Assembly: GCA_024679065.1 (NCBI GenBank)
Contig: JAGIQG010000027.1
Span: 4,588,001-4,652,000 of the forward strand
Source of the DNA: Sphyrna mokarran
Taxonomy: Eukaryota
DNA length: 64,000 nt
Reading direction: 5' to 3'
In this document: positions 1 through 12,250 of the stretch, piece after piece
How the letters are laid out: every line of letters begins with the position of its first letter
How positions within the stretch are numbered: position 1 is the stretch's first letter
Program-made: the position numbers and the translations under genes
Notes under the pieces: model-generated
The model's database searches: none
What the model saw: only the letters and a program-made list of their open reading frames with translations
What the model was told of the DNA's origin: nothing

Positions 1-2105
1 GCATTTCAGATTGAGTGCAAACATTTATCGACTGCCTTAACAACTGGAAGAACGCAAGTAGATAAAAGCAAATTCACTAAAAAAAACATCCTTAAGTTGT
101 TTTATTAAATAGCCCTTTTTGGCGTAGATACTGACGTGAGACATTAGGATTCTCTATATAATGTCCAGTGCTGATTAGACCAATTTAAGACTGTTGATTA
201 CAGACGATAAAGACTTATGTATTTTTAAATGAATATAACAGCTGCTTCAAAAATAAGATTAGAGCACATCTCGAATTGTGGATTTGATCATATTGCACAT
301 GTAATTTTAGAATTAAGTTTGAGTTCCTTGCTCTCGCCGTTAAGTTTTGGAATATGAAATACAATACTAACTTTGGAGTTCAAGACTTGCAATATATCTG
401 CTAAATATCAGAGTGATAGGATTCGAGTTATCTTTGTGGGATACATGATTGCAGACGAGCATTGCATTCGGGTTTTAAATGGGATGTGGTCGGAGGGACA
501 TATTTATTGGGATGTCGGATTCTGAGTACAATGAGGACTATGGATATTTGGATATTCTTTCGATCCACTGCTCCGTTAGAGAAATGTTATGCCACAATCG
601 GTGCAGGTGTTCCCAATTTTGAGTACCAGCACCGGGGTTTATCAGTTTCTGTTCCCCAAGCTCTCGTCATAGCAGGAGGGCGATCTGAGAAGTAGAAATG
701 GAGATCGCCACATTATACTGTTTACGAGTTAGGAATTTTCGTCGCTGCGATCAATTTCAAATGACCAACAGATCTTGATTTCCACAGTGCTCTGTCAGTT
801 ATTGGAAATGTATTTTAGGCAAAGTGTACACTCTCCTCGAAATTTATTTAATTCGTTAAACTTATCTTTCACTATCCTTTTCTGTACTAATAAAGAGAGA
901 AGTTATGTAGGGATTGCCACCTATTAAGAGATAGGATGTAAATGTGTATCTATTTATCAATTTTTATGTGCTTGTGGAAATCTCGGATAATCGAGGATTT
1001 TCAATCAGTGTAATTTATGTATTTGTCTATTTATTTGCCCAGCAACATTTGGAGGAAGTTCCTTGGACGTATGTTTTGTAAGGAATAATAAAATATGGTT
1101 TCAGTGATGTATCTGTAGAATTTCTTGACCACCTCTTGTTGACAGGGTACTTTAGTCGGGAATGCAATAAGACCTCCTTCCGGAGGCACTTGTTTGTTTA
1201 TGCGGGTTTCTATGCAAATAACGGTGGTGGGAGCAATCGGACTCCGAGGTGAGAGATATGAACTGGCTGGTTCTCCTCGGGCACGCTGCATCTCTAACAC
1301 ATAGTTCCTGACAACGGGTGCAAGGGTTGCAGACAGTTTGAAGTATTTAGATTCCTTATCTGCAGTGTACATAAAGATTGGAATTAAAACGAATTAATAA
1401 TGATTCACAGAGGGATTACGATGTAAAAAATACCTTCCGGTGCAAAAATAGCAAACCCATCAGAGACTATGTTCCACGTTACATCGCAAAGGGTGTTAAC
1501 AAACTTGTGCCAATCTATATTATATATGTACATAACCTATTCATATGCAATGTGTTTGCCTGTATATATAATATATAAAATTAAATGCACAATATTTGCA
1601 AAATATATAGCATATTCATATTTGTGTACACTAGTTATGTATATATACATATAAGATGTGAGGAAACTCATATGGAGTAGAAACAGCGGCATTGACCATT
1701 TCGGCTTTATTGCACAGAGATCGGCTATTCGGTCCAACGGGTCAATGCCAGTATTTATGCTTTACAGAGTCCTCTTTTCACCTTCCATCACCTAACCCAA
1801 TCAAAGTATCCTTATATTTTTTCTCCCTCATGTCCACATCTCAAATATACTTTCCCTCAAAATGTTCTCCCTCAAATGCATTTATACGATTTGCTTCAAC
1901 CGTTCCCCATTCACACCTCTCTCTGGGTAAAGGTGTTTGAAGGTGTTTTTTCTCTGAGTTTCCTATTGGTCTTATTGGTGACTATCTTATATTTATGGTC
2001 CCTAGGTCTTTCACCCCTTAAGCGAAAACAAGTTTTATATTGTGATAACCTGAGCAATCCAATGTTTAGATATACAAAACTTTTCTCACCTAATATATTG
2101 CACAG

Positions 2106-2152
2106 AGATAGATAGGTAGATAGATAGGTAAGTAGCTATATAGATAGATAGA
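2106..2152. repeat. Imperfect (GATA)n microsatellite
   Basis: Run gagatagataggtagatagataggta...tagatagatagat seen directly. Confidence 0.8.
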
Positions 2153-3630
2153 TTTAATTATTTTCAGTAGAATGTTTCTGAACATTTATCCGTTTGACAA
2201 GAGCATTGATTAAGGGAAGTCATATTAATATTTTAAGAAAAAGTTCCCCAACAAAATATATACGTGTTTAAAATTATCGGTTCTAATCTTCTTGGTAGTT
2301 TTTGAAATATTCCTATGTGGTACCTTAACCCCAAACACTGAACATTAAAGAAATACTTCTTGTATTTTTCGAACAAAATAATCGACTTCCTATAAATGTA
2401 TGACTGCGAGTTTTCTATATACACGGGATAATGCCTCGCAACTGAGACATAAGGCTGAAGGTAGGTTATAATCTGCCTCAACTAATGAACGGAAACTTTT
2501 AAAATTGTTTTAATTTGATCTTTTTTCCCTGGACCTGACTGTTGATAGAGGCGGAGAGATTTGATTTCGTCGCTGTTGTCAGATATTTCCGGGAAAAAAA
2601 CCCTCTCGGCCTAATTTTAACTATTATACTTTTAACAAAAACGGGATGAATTAGATTCTTGCCAGAATTTGCGACATGCTGGGCCTTTTCACGTATCCTT
2701 GAAAGAAGTTCTACTGGTGCTCGTGTTTCTTAAAAGAAAATAGTCATCATTTGTGATAAATAATGCTTAAGTTTCAGTTGCTGCATTTTCTGTAGCAATT
2801 TCCTTTCTCCTCCTGTTTTTCATAATGTAATGAATAAGAATTTATAGCTGTAATAATACGTTGCTGGAACAGTCCATCGCCGCGGTGTTATTACCGTTAC
2901 GTCTTGTTTCATTGATAGATGAGAACGAAGCTTTTGTGACCCCGATACAAAAAAATAAGCCAAATGAGAACATTCATTAATGCAATAAAGATTCATCTGA
3001 GGCAGACTTTGCTACGAATATTTTAGCGTCGTGGTGCTGTGTTAAATCAAATATTGATGGATTTTGATATAATAGTTGGTAATGTTTAAATAATTAAACT
3101 GATTGCGCCACCCATAAAACAACGAAATACTTGGAAATATGAAAAGAAAGCATTTGGAAACTTCAATAATTAGCTTCCACCCCTCCCATTATTTTTTTAA
3201 AGTGTCTGCCTTTGCAACTTCATGATCAATCTATTTCATACCAAATAAACCATCAGCTTGTGTAAATGATCAGATTTTTATAAGGTCACGATTTTATTAG
3301 GATGGTAATATCCCTATCTCCATAACCTCAGTTTGCGACAGGCGTGGCCAACGCCATCCATAAACTGCCATTAACTATTCATATATGCAGTGTAGATGCG
3401 ACCTTTGACCTTCCTAGATCTAAATGAGTTGCTATATACCCTTTATCTTAACACTTCCACATTGTACGAAATAATTCTAAAGCTGGTTTGAAAAAGGCGA
3501 ATTTTTGCCTTAAAACCTGGGACGACAGGGAGAGAAGAGAGAAGCTTCCATCTAGTCCAAAGTTGACCCTAATCGAAGAGCTACGAACGCTTAATCAACA
3601 GTGACCCAGACTACTGAATTAATTTCGGCG

Positions 3631-3647
3631 TGAACTCTCCGTGAACC
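3631..3647 (-). promoter_or_regulatory. DR5 retinoic acid response element 3' of HoxB1
   Basis: Minus strand GGTTCA cggag AGTTCA is a perfect DR5 about 4.6 kb beyond the HoxB1 stop. It matches the known group-1 3' DR5 RARE type. Confidence 0.85.
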
Positions 3648-6645
3648 AAAGACTAGTGAAGGAGAGCTGACTTCTTGTGGCTGGCCCTGGGCAAACCTTT
3701 CAGCCTGAGTAAATATTGAACGAGTCCAGCTGATGGCCGAAATGAAATGGTCCTGTCAGGCAAAAGTAAACTTAAAGAGGATATATCCAAATGAGCTGAA
3801 AATTATCCGGCCACTTCTTCATTGTTTTCCATTCAGGTCAAACTCTCCTTCACCTGCCTGCTGAGTAAAGATACACAGAGGTGATCAGTAATTAAATGGA
3901 GAAGGGACAAGTTACTGTCAAATGCATCTCCACATTCTCAGTACACTTTAAAACCTTAACTGAAAAACACAGGAAACAACTGATGGTAAAACAACATTCT
4001 TCTCAACGTTAATAACTTGCACATATGCATATTCAAAAGTTTAATTCCCGTCGTTTCTCAGGGAAGAGAAAATTAGATAAGTCGCCGTCCTGATCCGACT
4101 TTCCAAACAAGTGATCTGATTTGGAAGCGGCCAGGGTATTTTAATAAGATAGAAAGTGAATTGAATCGGATTAGCAACTATGCTCTGGACAATTCAGAAG
4201 TCATGTCCCATACACCAGGGGGAGGGCCAGTCTCTTTCAAGTGCCTGATCCATTTGGGAACTTCGAAAATGAGCTTCTAATCTCCCACCCCTCCCCATAA
4301 TTCGTGTATGATTCCCCTCTCTGCTACTGCGCAAGTTGTAGTACAGTAAGAAGTCTCACAACACCTCCTTACTGTCTTTACCCCAGTCCAACACCCGGCA
4401 TCTCCCCATCAAGTTGTAGTAACTAGGGCTGTAATTGAACTTTACGAGCAATATTTGATGTAACATTTTCAGGCAAATATGTTGTGATGATAGGCTGAAT
4501 AGGTGGGGACGTATTGCTGAAAAAGATGTTTACATTGTAAAATAGAAATGTCGTGGTTATAGGCTGAATATTAACGCAGAGGAGGTGAAATCCTGAAAGT
4601 TATTTAAATTTTTGCCGATTGTTATCTTTCTAAAGTTGATTATAAGTTCCCTGTTTGCTTTTCGTTAAATACAAGAAGTATTTAATTGTGAAACTCGTGA
4701 AGTTGCAGCCAATTCAACACCAGTCTTGTGGAGAGAAAAACACCAATGACAAAGGTCTGTTAATGGTTCAAAGGGACCGTCATAAATTTTATGACTGCGG
4801 TTTCCTTTACATCAAAAGGTATCACATAGAGAGGTTAACCCAGCACCACCCCCCTCCCAAAAAAAACACAAGTGCAATTAACACAAAGTCGTCAGGAGCA
4901 GATGGCTGTGTCTTTGCACTCAGGACAGAAGTCCCTTTGAAATTACTTCTTTTTTGAATCAAATCCTCTACGGCTGTGAAGAACAAGAGAATTCCGAACC
5001 TTAGCTTTTATTTATTTTCAGCTCTCTCGCGATGTTTTTGGGCATGAACACTGAAATCATTTATTTACATATTTACCGAGATGGGAGGGGGAACGCGAGG
5101 GCTGTTGCAGCTTTTTGCTGGAGTCGTCACTCCGAATACTCCTTCTCATTCAAAATGAATTTCAAAGGCAGGCTTGAAAAAAGTGCGACACGAGAACTAT
5201 GTGAATCGCCCCAGAGTTTGTAATTAAAGGGTTGGAACTGTGTGCGGTTGTCAGTGACAATAAAATGTTGACCCAAGAGTCACTTTACATCAAAACTGTT
5301 AGACAGTATTTATTACTGTGGACGAATTCCTTAGATGTTTACAGTAAAAGTGCACAAAATGCCCCATAACCTGAAGGAACCGGGCAGTTTGCAGCGTCTT
5401 CCTTTTAACAACTTCCCGATTTCATTGGAAAGCTGTTCTTGTCTTTTGTCTCCTCAACACAAACCAACTCAGAAGGATTCCCTGGTTACATCATTGTTCT
5501 CCAGCACATATATTCAGTTGAAATGCATGTTTTATCGATGAGGCTTTGCAATGTGCCGCTTCGGGCGGAGTTTATGGTATTCTTAGGCGCAAGTAGAAAT
5601 CAACATGCTGTGAAATGAAAATAACTGCTGGCGGAAATCAAATTTGCACTAATCACGCTCCAAGAAACAACACACATCTCTTTATTCCCAAGAACCGGCT
5701 TTCTCGGATAAGACTGTACTAATTCCTTCCCTTTTCATTCTTAGATATAACTTGGCCTATTTCCTCAATGTAGTCTCTTTGTTCCACAATCAATACTCTA
5801 ACTTTAAATCAGATTAGGCTGACTCTAGTCTAACTTTCCTTGTGCAGTTTTCTTCTAAAGGTGACGGTAGCACCGGTGAAAAAAAAGAGATCTTTCAACC
5901 GTTTTGTTTTGCCGAATAAAACATTTCAGATTCAAATTTGTCGAGGCGGTTGTGATGAGAGGTCTCAGTATGTGTAATGTGTGCGATTCTGATTTTTGTG
6001 CGTGAATATTGAATATGTAATTTATATTTCTGCATATCTGTGTGGATGTGTAAATAACTATGTAACAGTACATTTGGGGTTATATATGAACGTTTACATT
6101 TTGTGCAAAAGCTATAATATGCGCTTGAGAGTACGCGCCATACCTCAGAATGGGCCTCGATACTTACAACTGAATCATGTGTTAACTTATATAGGTCACA
6201 ATGTATATATCGAATGGGTTTATTTAGAAATGAAAGCTTAACGCATTATTGCATTGTTTTAAATTCGATAAATGAATCTGGTCTATTCCAGTCACCACAC
6301 AATATTTAGGCAGCGGAGATTACGGAACAATAGTTTTCTTTAGATGTAACATTTTCCATCTAGATTTATGCCACAAGAACCAACCGGCGTGTAAATCTAC
6401 TAATAAGAAACATAAATTTCAATCTTTCCCGGATGTTGACTTTTGAAGCCATCAGTCCAGTTTTATTGTATTAATTGTACCCCTCAGTTTACTCTGAATT
6501 TTGCCAGTCTCTACATTCTCTCTCTCTCTGTTACGTATAATGTAGATATACATGTAAAAAGTTAGAGTTCTCCGCCTGAGATGAACAATGGTGTAATCTT
6601 CAGGCTACTTTTGTTGACTTGTTTGTTAATCCCAGAGGCGTTTGG

Positions 6646-6659
6646 AGGTAAAAAGGTCA
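6646..6659 (+). promoter_or_regulatory. DR2 retinoic acid response element 3' of HoxB1 (early neural enhancer type)
   Basis: AGGTAA aa AGGTCA, the sequence I recall for the conserved Hoxb1 3' DR2 RARE, in the expected position. Confidence 0.88.
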
Positions 6660-7741
6660 TTCGTACATCCGGAGTTTGCTCTTGCATTCTTCGCTTTGCC
6701 TATGCATTTCTTTTAAAGAAGCTCGTGTTTGTTTAATGTCGTTCACGAACGATATTCAACCTACAAGAAGTGACTGCTTCGTTTGAGATTCCAGCAGTGC
6801 CGAATACATTGGATTAAATATTTCCTGAAATTACCCATATTTGCAGTCACTGAGTGTTGTTTTGAGCTGTTGATCGTATTTGCATTTCTTAAAGTTCTTG
6901 TATTTTTTCATCAGAAGGGCAACTTCAATGTCTCAAATAACAACCATTCAGTGATCTTGTTTTGTGTGCTGTTTTACTTAAGGACCACTAGCAGAAAGAT
7001 TATTGACATAACTTGGAATATTTCATTGTAGTCAAAGTGCAATAACCACAAAGAATAAAATACAGCTCAAGATCATTGTATTATCTTTGATATTAAAGCT
7101 CCAACATTGAGCCTCCTATCTTATATAACTTGTATTATTTGAAGAAAGACAGACAACAGGAATGAAAACAATCAGGAAGCAAATTGTATTATAATAAGCA
7201 AATTGATTTTTATTGGAATGAGGTAGCTGAACACTAGGGTTGTAATTTGAACGAGGTGAGCATGTTGGAAGGGCTGTTAAACAGGTTGAGAAACCTAAAC
7301 TGATAAAACTCAGTAAAACAGCTGAATGACAGACAGCATGATCACCTGAGGTAGAATTACTGCGGTCGCCACGTCTCGTGACATGGGCGATGATACTTTC
7401 TGAAAATGAGCTGCTGTCGCCTTTCCGAGTGAAATCGCACTCTCGACCATCAAAGGCCAGAGAAAATCTTTGTGGATGCATATTCTCACACCACAACACA
7501 TTTGGCATCTGAACGGATTCACTCCAAAATTCTTCACTATCGATATCATCAGATACTTACTTCCACTCTTAAAAACAATGGAAAAGTCAAACATTTTCTG
7601 AATTATTATTTTTTCTCTGGAAACATTTGGTTCTGTTGTAACAGTTTCTGATTTAGGGACAAACAAACTTCGATAACTCAATAGAAACAATATAAAATGC
7701 CAGAAAAGTGAAGAAACGAGACTAGTATTTGTCTGTTAACA

Positions 7742-7747
7742 TTTAAT
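7742..7747 (-). terminator. Candidate HoxB1 polyadenylation signal (ATTAAA)
   Basis: ATTAAA on the minus strand about 540 nt after the stop, followed by a T-rich stretch. Confidence 0.45.
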
Positions 7748-8287
7748 ACGCGTCTGCTACACTTTCCACTCAATTTTTTTTCAAATCTTCATCTCTTTTC
7801 TAAACCTAGCATGTATCTTTTTAATCGATAACCCTGTTACAGTATTAGTAGTGCAATCAAAAGTACCACAGATTTCACAAGACACACTCCACACTGCAGA
7901 ATGACGGTATGTCTTTTTTTCAATTTCCTATATATACAAACAATTCCGTCTGAAATCACGTTTCTTAAATACAAAATAGACTGAGACTACACCTATGCAT
8001 AGGCATCAAGGCTGTGTGAAACCAGACTCCCTGAAAAGTTACCAATAACTTAAGGCGGGATGTCAAATCGCAATATGATGTACAGTATTACAATCATTAT
8101 TATCAAAATGTGGGATGGGATTCTGCCATTGTAAACATGGGAAAAGTGCAATGCTTTTTTTTGGTAATTTCCCTGAGTATAGCACAATAAAGAAGGGCAA
8201 ATGACATCAGTAAATTGTAATGAAAGAAATTGAAGTCATATTATCCCCTTTTTATATAAAAAGGTAGATATTTTTTGATAGCCTGAG

Positions 8288-8631
8288 TTAAGAGGTCTGG
8301 ATGTTCTCTGATGTCGACGATCTGGGTGATGTGGATGGAGAGGTAGTTGATGACTTGTCCGATCCGTCCCCAGTTTCCTTTGCAATGTTAACCGACAAGT
8401 GGGGGGCAAATCCCTCTTTTTCCCGCTTCTTCTGCTTCATTCTACGGTTCTGGAACCAGATTTTTACTTGGGTTTCATTCAGCTCCAGCGTGGCCGCTAT
8501 CTCCACTCTCCTGGCGCGGGTGAGATACTTGTTAAAATGGAATTCTTTCTCCAACTCTGTTAATTGCTTGGTGGTGAAATTGGTGCGCATTGTATTGGTC
8601 TGGCCACCTAACCCATAATCAGCAATTCTGG
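8288..8631 (-). CDS. HOXB1: Homeobox protein Hox-B1, exon 2 (homeodomain)
   Basis: [57 protein letters not shown]; AATLEL is the B1 signature. Acceptor ttttcgcag at 8632-8640, phase 1. Confidence 0.96.
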
Positions 8632-9387
8632 CTGCGAAAAAAAACGAAAAGGAACACAATTAGATCGACCCTACATGAGCAAGCACCCCTCCCCCACCCG
8701 CCAGCATTAACCAACAACTTCAGCACTTAGTGTTCCGGAACTTGATAAAAGCAAGAGATAAAATACAAGACGAGGCTTTTAGGCTGAATCTAACCCATCT
8801 CGTTGAACGGCATGATTGTAAAACATAACAATAAACCTTAATTAAGTCATTGAAAATTCAACGCGAAACACTTGCTCCCTCCTCGTGAGTTTTTCAAATA
8901 CATATTGGGTCAACTTATTTTCAGAAGGATGCATCTTAAATAACAAATGAGCAACTTGTATACAGATGTGAAGCTACGGCGAATGGGGTTAAACGGACAG
9001 ACCCTTGCACATCACGTTTAAAGCTGCAGTCCCATTTTCCACAAGAAGCAGTCTGTCATTTTCAGGTCAGTTTCATAAATTCGGAATCAACTGAACATTC
9101 ATCTCTTATTTACTCCAATTGGAAGGGGGAAGGGGGAGGGGCGCCAGCAAATGGGTGATTGCAAAACCCATTCGAATATTGTAGGTCTTATTTTGCAAAG
9201 TTCAAATAGAGGGCAAAGTATTTTTCATTCACTGCAGACGCTTTTGGGAGCAAAAACGTGCTAACGTCAGAGTTATTTTACAATTTGGAAGAATTAAATT
9301 GTAAAAGTTGGGAAGTGTTTGAATTGAATTTTCGCCAGTTTTTATTTGACTCAGGGTGGAAATGATTCGAACATGTCTCATACTAAC

Positions 9388-9979
9388 CTGTTTTAGGAGG
9401 GTTTCTTTTCACTTTCATCCAGTCAAACGTCTGGCCCGTTGAGGATAAATCAGAGGTGCAGGAAGGTTCCTTTTCCCCTTCTTGAGATGGAGACAGATTA
9501 GCATAAATCCCATACGCCAAACCCTGTTGCTCTTGGCCGTAGGAATGCTGATACTGGCCCAACCCTGTGACTCCACAATAACCTTCTGAAAGCGGATTGA
9601 CAGTGGATGCAATATTACCAGTGTACCCCGAGCTTTGGAAGTATGCCCCATCCGAATCTTGGTTGAAAAAGTAATGGTGATTGTAAACCGGATTATAAGT
9701 TTGGGTCGTAGAGTTGTTGGGACCTGGACTGGCGCATGGGTTCCCCAGACTGGAATGATGCGAATAACTGGCTGGCTGGTGCTGATGCTGGAGTGTATTG
9801 TGCGCGTTTCCTCCTACTAAGAATCGTCCATCACCATTGTAATTGTCAACGTTACCTGCACAAGGAGCGAAAGCTGTTATCCCTTGTTCTGAGTGGTGGT
9901 AACCCTTGGATGAGTAGGCGCTCGTCCCACGATTACAAATTGCGTACTCTAAGAAGGAGTTCATTCTGGTATTGTCCAT
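9388..9979 (-). CDS. HOXB1: Homeobox protein Hox-B1, exon 1
   Basis: Starts MDNTRMNSFLEYAICNRG and ends TFDWMKVKRNPPKT (group-1 hexapeptide). Donor GTTAGT at 9387. Confidence 0.96.
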
Positions 9980-10038
9980 CTGCCAGTGATGGACGGTCAA
10001 CCTGTTCGGGATTCTCCCTGCCCCTGAAACCCCAAGCA

Positions 10039-10065
10039 CTATGTCACCCAGTCAACTTCCTCCAT
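10039..10065 (-). other. Upstream ORF in the HoxB1 leader (MEEVDWVT*)
   Basis: gccATGGAGGAAGTTGACTGGGTGACATAG; strong Kozak context, out of frame, starts 86 nt upstream of the main ATG. Confidence 0.6.
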
Positions 10066-10105
10066 GGCTCGCTGGCAATCAAACGATATCAGTCAAGAAG
10101 ACATT

Positions 10106-10127
10106 CACGTGACCCCGAGTCACCAAT
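10106..10127 (-). promoter_or_regulatory. HoxB1 proximal promoter: E-box plus CCAAT box
   Basis: CACGTGAC 10106-10113 and CCAAT 10123-10127. Confidence 0.65.
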
Positions 10128-10164
10128 GGCAAGGGACCTCCTGATGTTAGTGAACTGTATGAGG

Positions 10165-10230
10165 TGATCCATCACCGCGGTGACATTTACATCACAAAAG
10201 CTTTCAATCAAAGTTATCCGCATCAATCTG
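10165..10230 (-). promoter_or_regulatory. HoxB1 rhombomere-4 autoregulatory element (b1-ARE)
   Basis: Three Pbx-Hox repeats on the minus strand: AGATTGATG (10221-10229), TGATTGAAAG (10201-10210) and TGATGGAT (10167-10174). A Sox/Oct-like CTTTTGTGATGTAAAT and a TGACA Meis/Prep core (10181) lie between repeats 2 and 3. Confidence 0.9.
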
Positions 10231-12227
10231 ATAGCAACACTTAAACGTCAAATCGGTCTTCAATAAGGTGGGGGGGGGAGGTGGAGAGAAAGTTGGAATT
10301 ATTCAAGATTGTCTTTAAAGTGTTAAAAAGATTTAGTCAAAGCAAGAACTACAGCTGCCCACAACTTGGGCATAATATCTTACAGGAGCACGGCAGAGCT
10401 CAAGTAGGTCATCTAATATATATATATATTTCGATGTTTTACTTGAATAATACAAATAATAAGAGAAAAACCTTTGCATTCTTGTCGCTTAGGACAGTTT
10501 TTATTTGAATGAGAGTCGCGATAAAAGGTGCATAACACCTCGCTTAACTTGGTTTGTAAAAGTCTAGACTACATGGAAATTAATCAAACGTCAATGCCCA
10601 AATACAGAAAACATGTGTTGAGGAGGAGTTATAAAATAAAGCATCCGGCTGAAATAAATTGCGATGATCTTTTGGCGAATGTTGTATTGGATTAAAAGCT
10701 ATGAGATGTCCATATGATCTTTGGAAATGTAATGTTCCTCATGGGATGTTTGATAAAAGGTCTCATAACAAATGTAATATAGATGAGTATTACCCTGTTA
10801 GAATTGCATGTTGCTTAATTACCGTTTTTTATATCCCAATTTTGTAATTCGTTGGGATCTGCTATAGAGTCATAAAACCATGGGTTAAATTTAGAAGTGT
10901 ATTGTAATAAAACATATTCATGCTGTCATTTCTGTTCCTTTAGTGAAACTGTATAGGGAATTCAATGAAATGCAAAACATTAAAGATATAATGTCAATCC
11001 GACAGAATATTCCCCATAATTTGAGAGTTGAGCCAAAAATAATGTATATTTAAAAGGCTTATTACGACGCCATGGAAGTGATTGCTTTGCGAAGAAATGC
11101 ATCCAGTCAAATCATCAATAATATATCTTCAAGAAAATAAGTAGACTATATGCTTTTTATTTAAAAACATTTTTGCTAAAAAAATTGAGGCATTTATCTT
11201 TTATATCCTCAGCCTTACTATAACGTTTATGGATATGTGTAATAGATGCAGTGCTGACAGCATTACGGGAGAAATCAGTCATCTACTTTCTCAGTGGGTG
11301 CCATACATTACTTCCCAGCACCAGGACTGAAGTTTTGACGATTGTACAGGAGAGAGAGGGGGAGGGGGCGTTATTCAGTGGGTCATAAATATTTCCTCAT
11401 CTAAAGTTTTGAAATGCATCTTACCTAAGTCAGCAAACTCAAGTCAACTAAAAGTGGCAGAATAGCCTGACAAAGTGAATAGTGATCATTCATATTTTGG
11501 AGGAATTGAAAGCATCTCGAACAATGTCCTTCACAGTCGAGTTTCGTTAGCTGTCAGGAAATGTACTATTATCTCAACATTTAAGCACGTTTAATATGTT
11601 TGACATAATAAGATGGTTTTCCCTTTACATTCTGGGTTATCACATATATACACACAGTTTAGTGGTGATTAGCTAGAAGCCCGGGGCCTACAATTATACT
11701 AATTTACTCAGTTAACAGAAAAAGATTAATTGTACAGTATGTGATGTGTCACTGTTGCACCTAGACATTCGAGCTGTTCGTCGTCCGCCATCTGTTAGGT
11801 TCATGGAGAGCTTATATTTTCTACATAATGATACCTTATCACTGTCACCGAATTCAAGAAACATTATTTTTGCCTTCACTCATTCAGTCGGTGGATCCAT
11901 ATGTCAAAGGCAGCTCTGGCAGCGAGCAATTTAAATGTTTGATGTCAGCTCCATTTTGCTGCTGCTTATTATTGCATTCTTCTCTTTAGGGAGGGGGAGA
12001 AAGGGAGAGAGACATAAAGAAATAGATGGATATTTTCAGTTACAAAGGGAGGAATGCAAAAGAAAATGAATAGAACAAGGAAAGGGATAGCTGAAAGGAA
12101 TAGGGATAGAGAAGGCGAATGGTACAGATGACAAAGTGTGGAGAGAAAGAAAGAGAACGTAGCACAGTAATGCGTGAAAGAAGGATGAAAAAAGAGGATA
12201 AAAGCACGATGTGTGCATGAAATGAGC

Positions 12228-12250
12228 TAGAGAGAGAGAGAGAGAGAGAG
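12228..12250. repeat. (GA)n microsatellite at the end of a purine-rich tract (about 11990-12250)
   Basis: About 11 AG units seen directly. Confidence 0.85.

Noticed and set aside
4212-4226. CTCF-like ACACCAGGGGGAGG 3' of HoxB1 (and weak matches near 9144 and 36452)
   Set aside because: Mismatches at core positions; needs a matrix score
462-7690. Short ORFs in the 3' flank (e.g. 1031-1372, 7116-7508)
   Set aside because: No recognisable protein motifs or consistent splice structure; lengths are expected by chance
8301-8618. Plus-strand ORFs antisense to Hox exons (also 9736-10167, 19460-19738, 25019-25297, 26177-26440, 60571-60864, 63661-63879)
   Set aside because: Shadow ORFs caused by the codon structure of the real minus-strand exons; no recognisable domains
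11798-11814. GGTTCA tggag AGCTTA, DR5-like, upstream of HoxB1
   Set aside because: The second half-site has two mismatches; not supportable without conservation data
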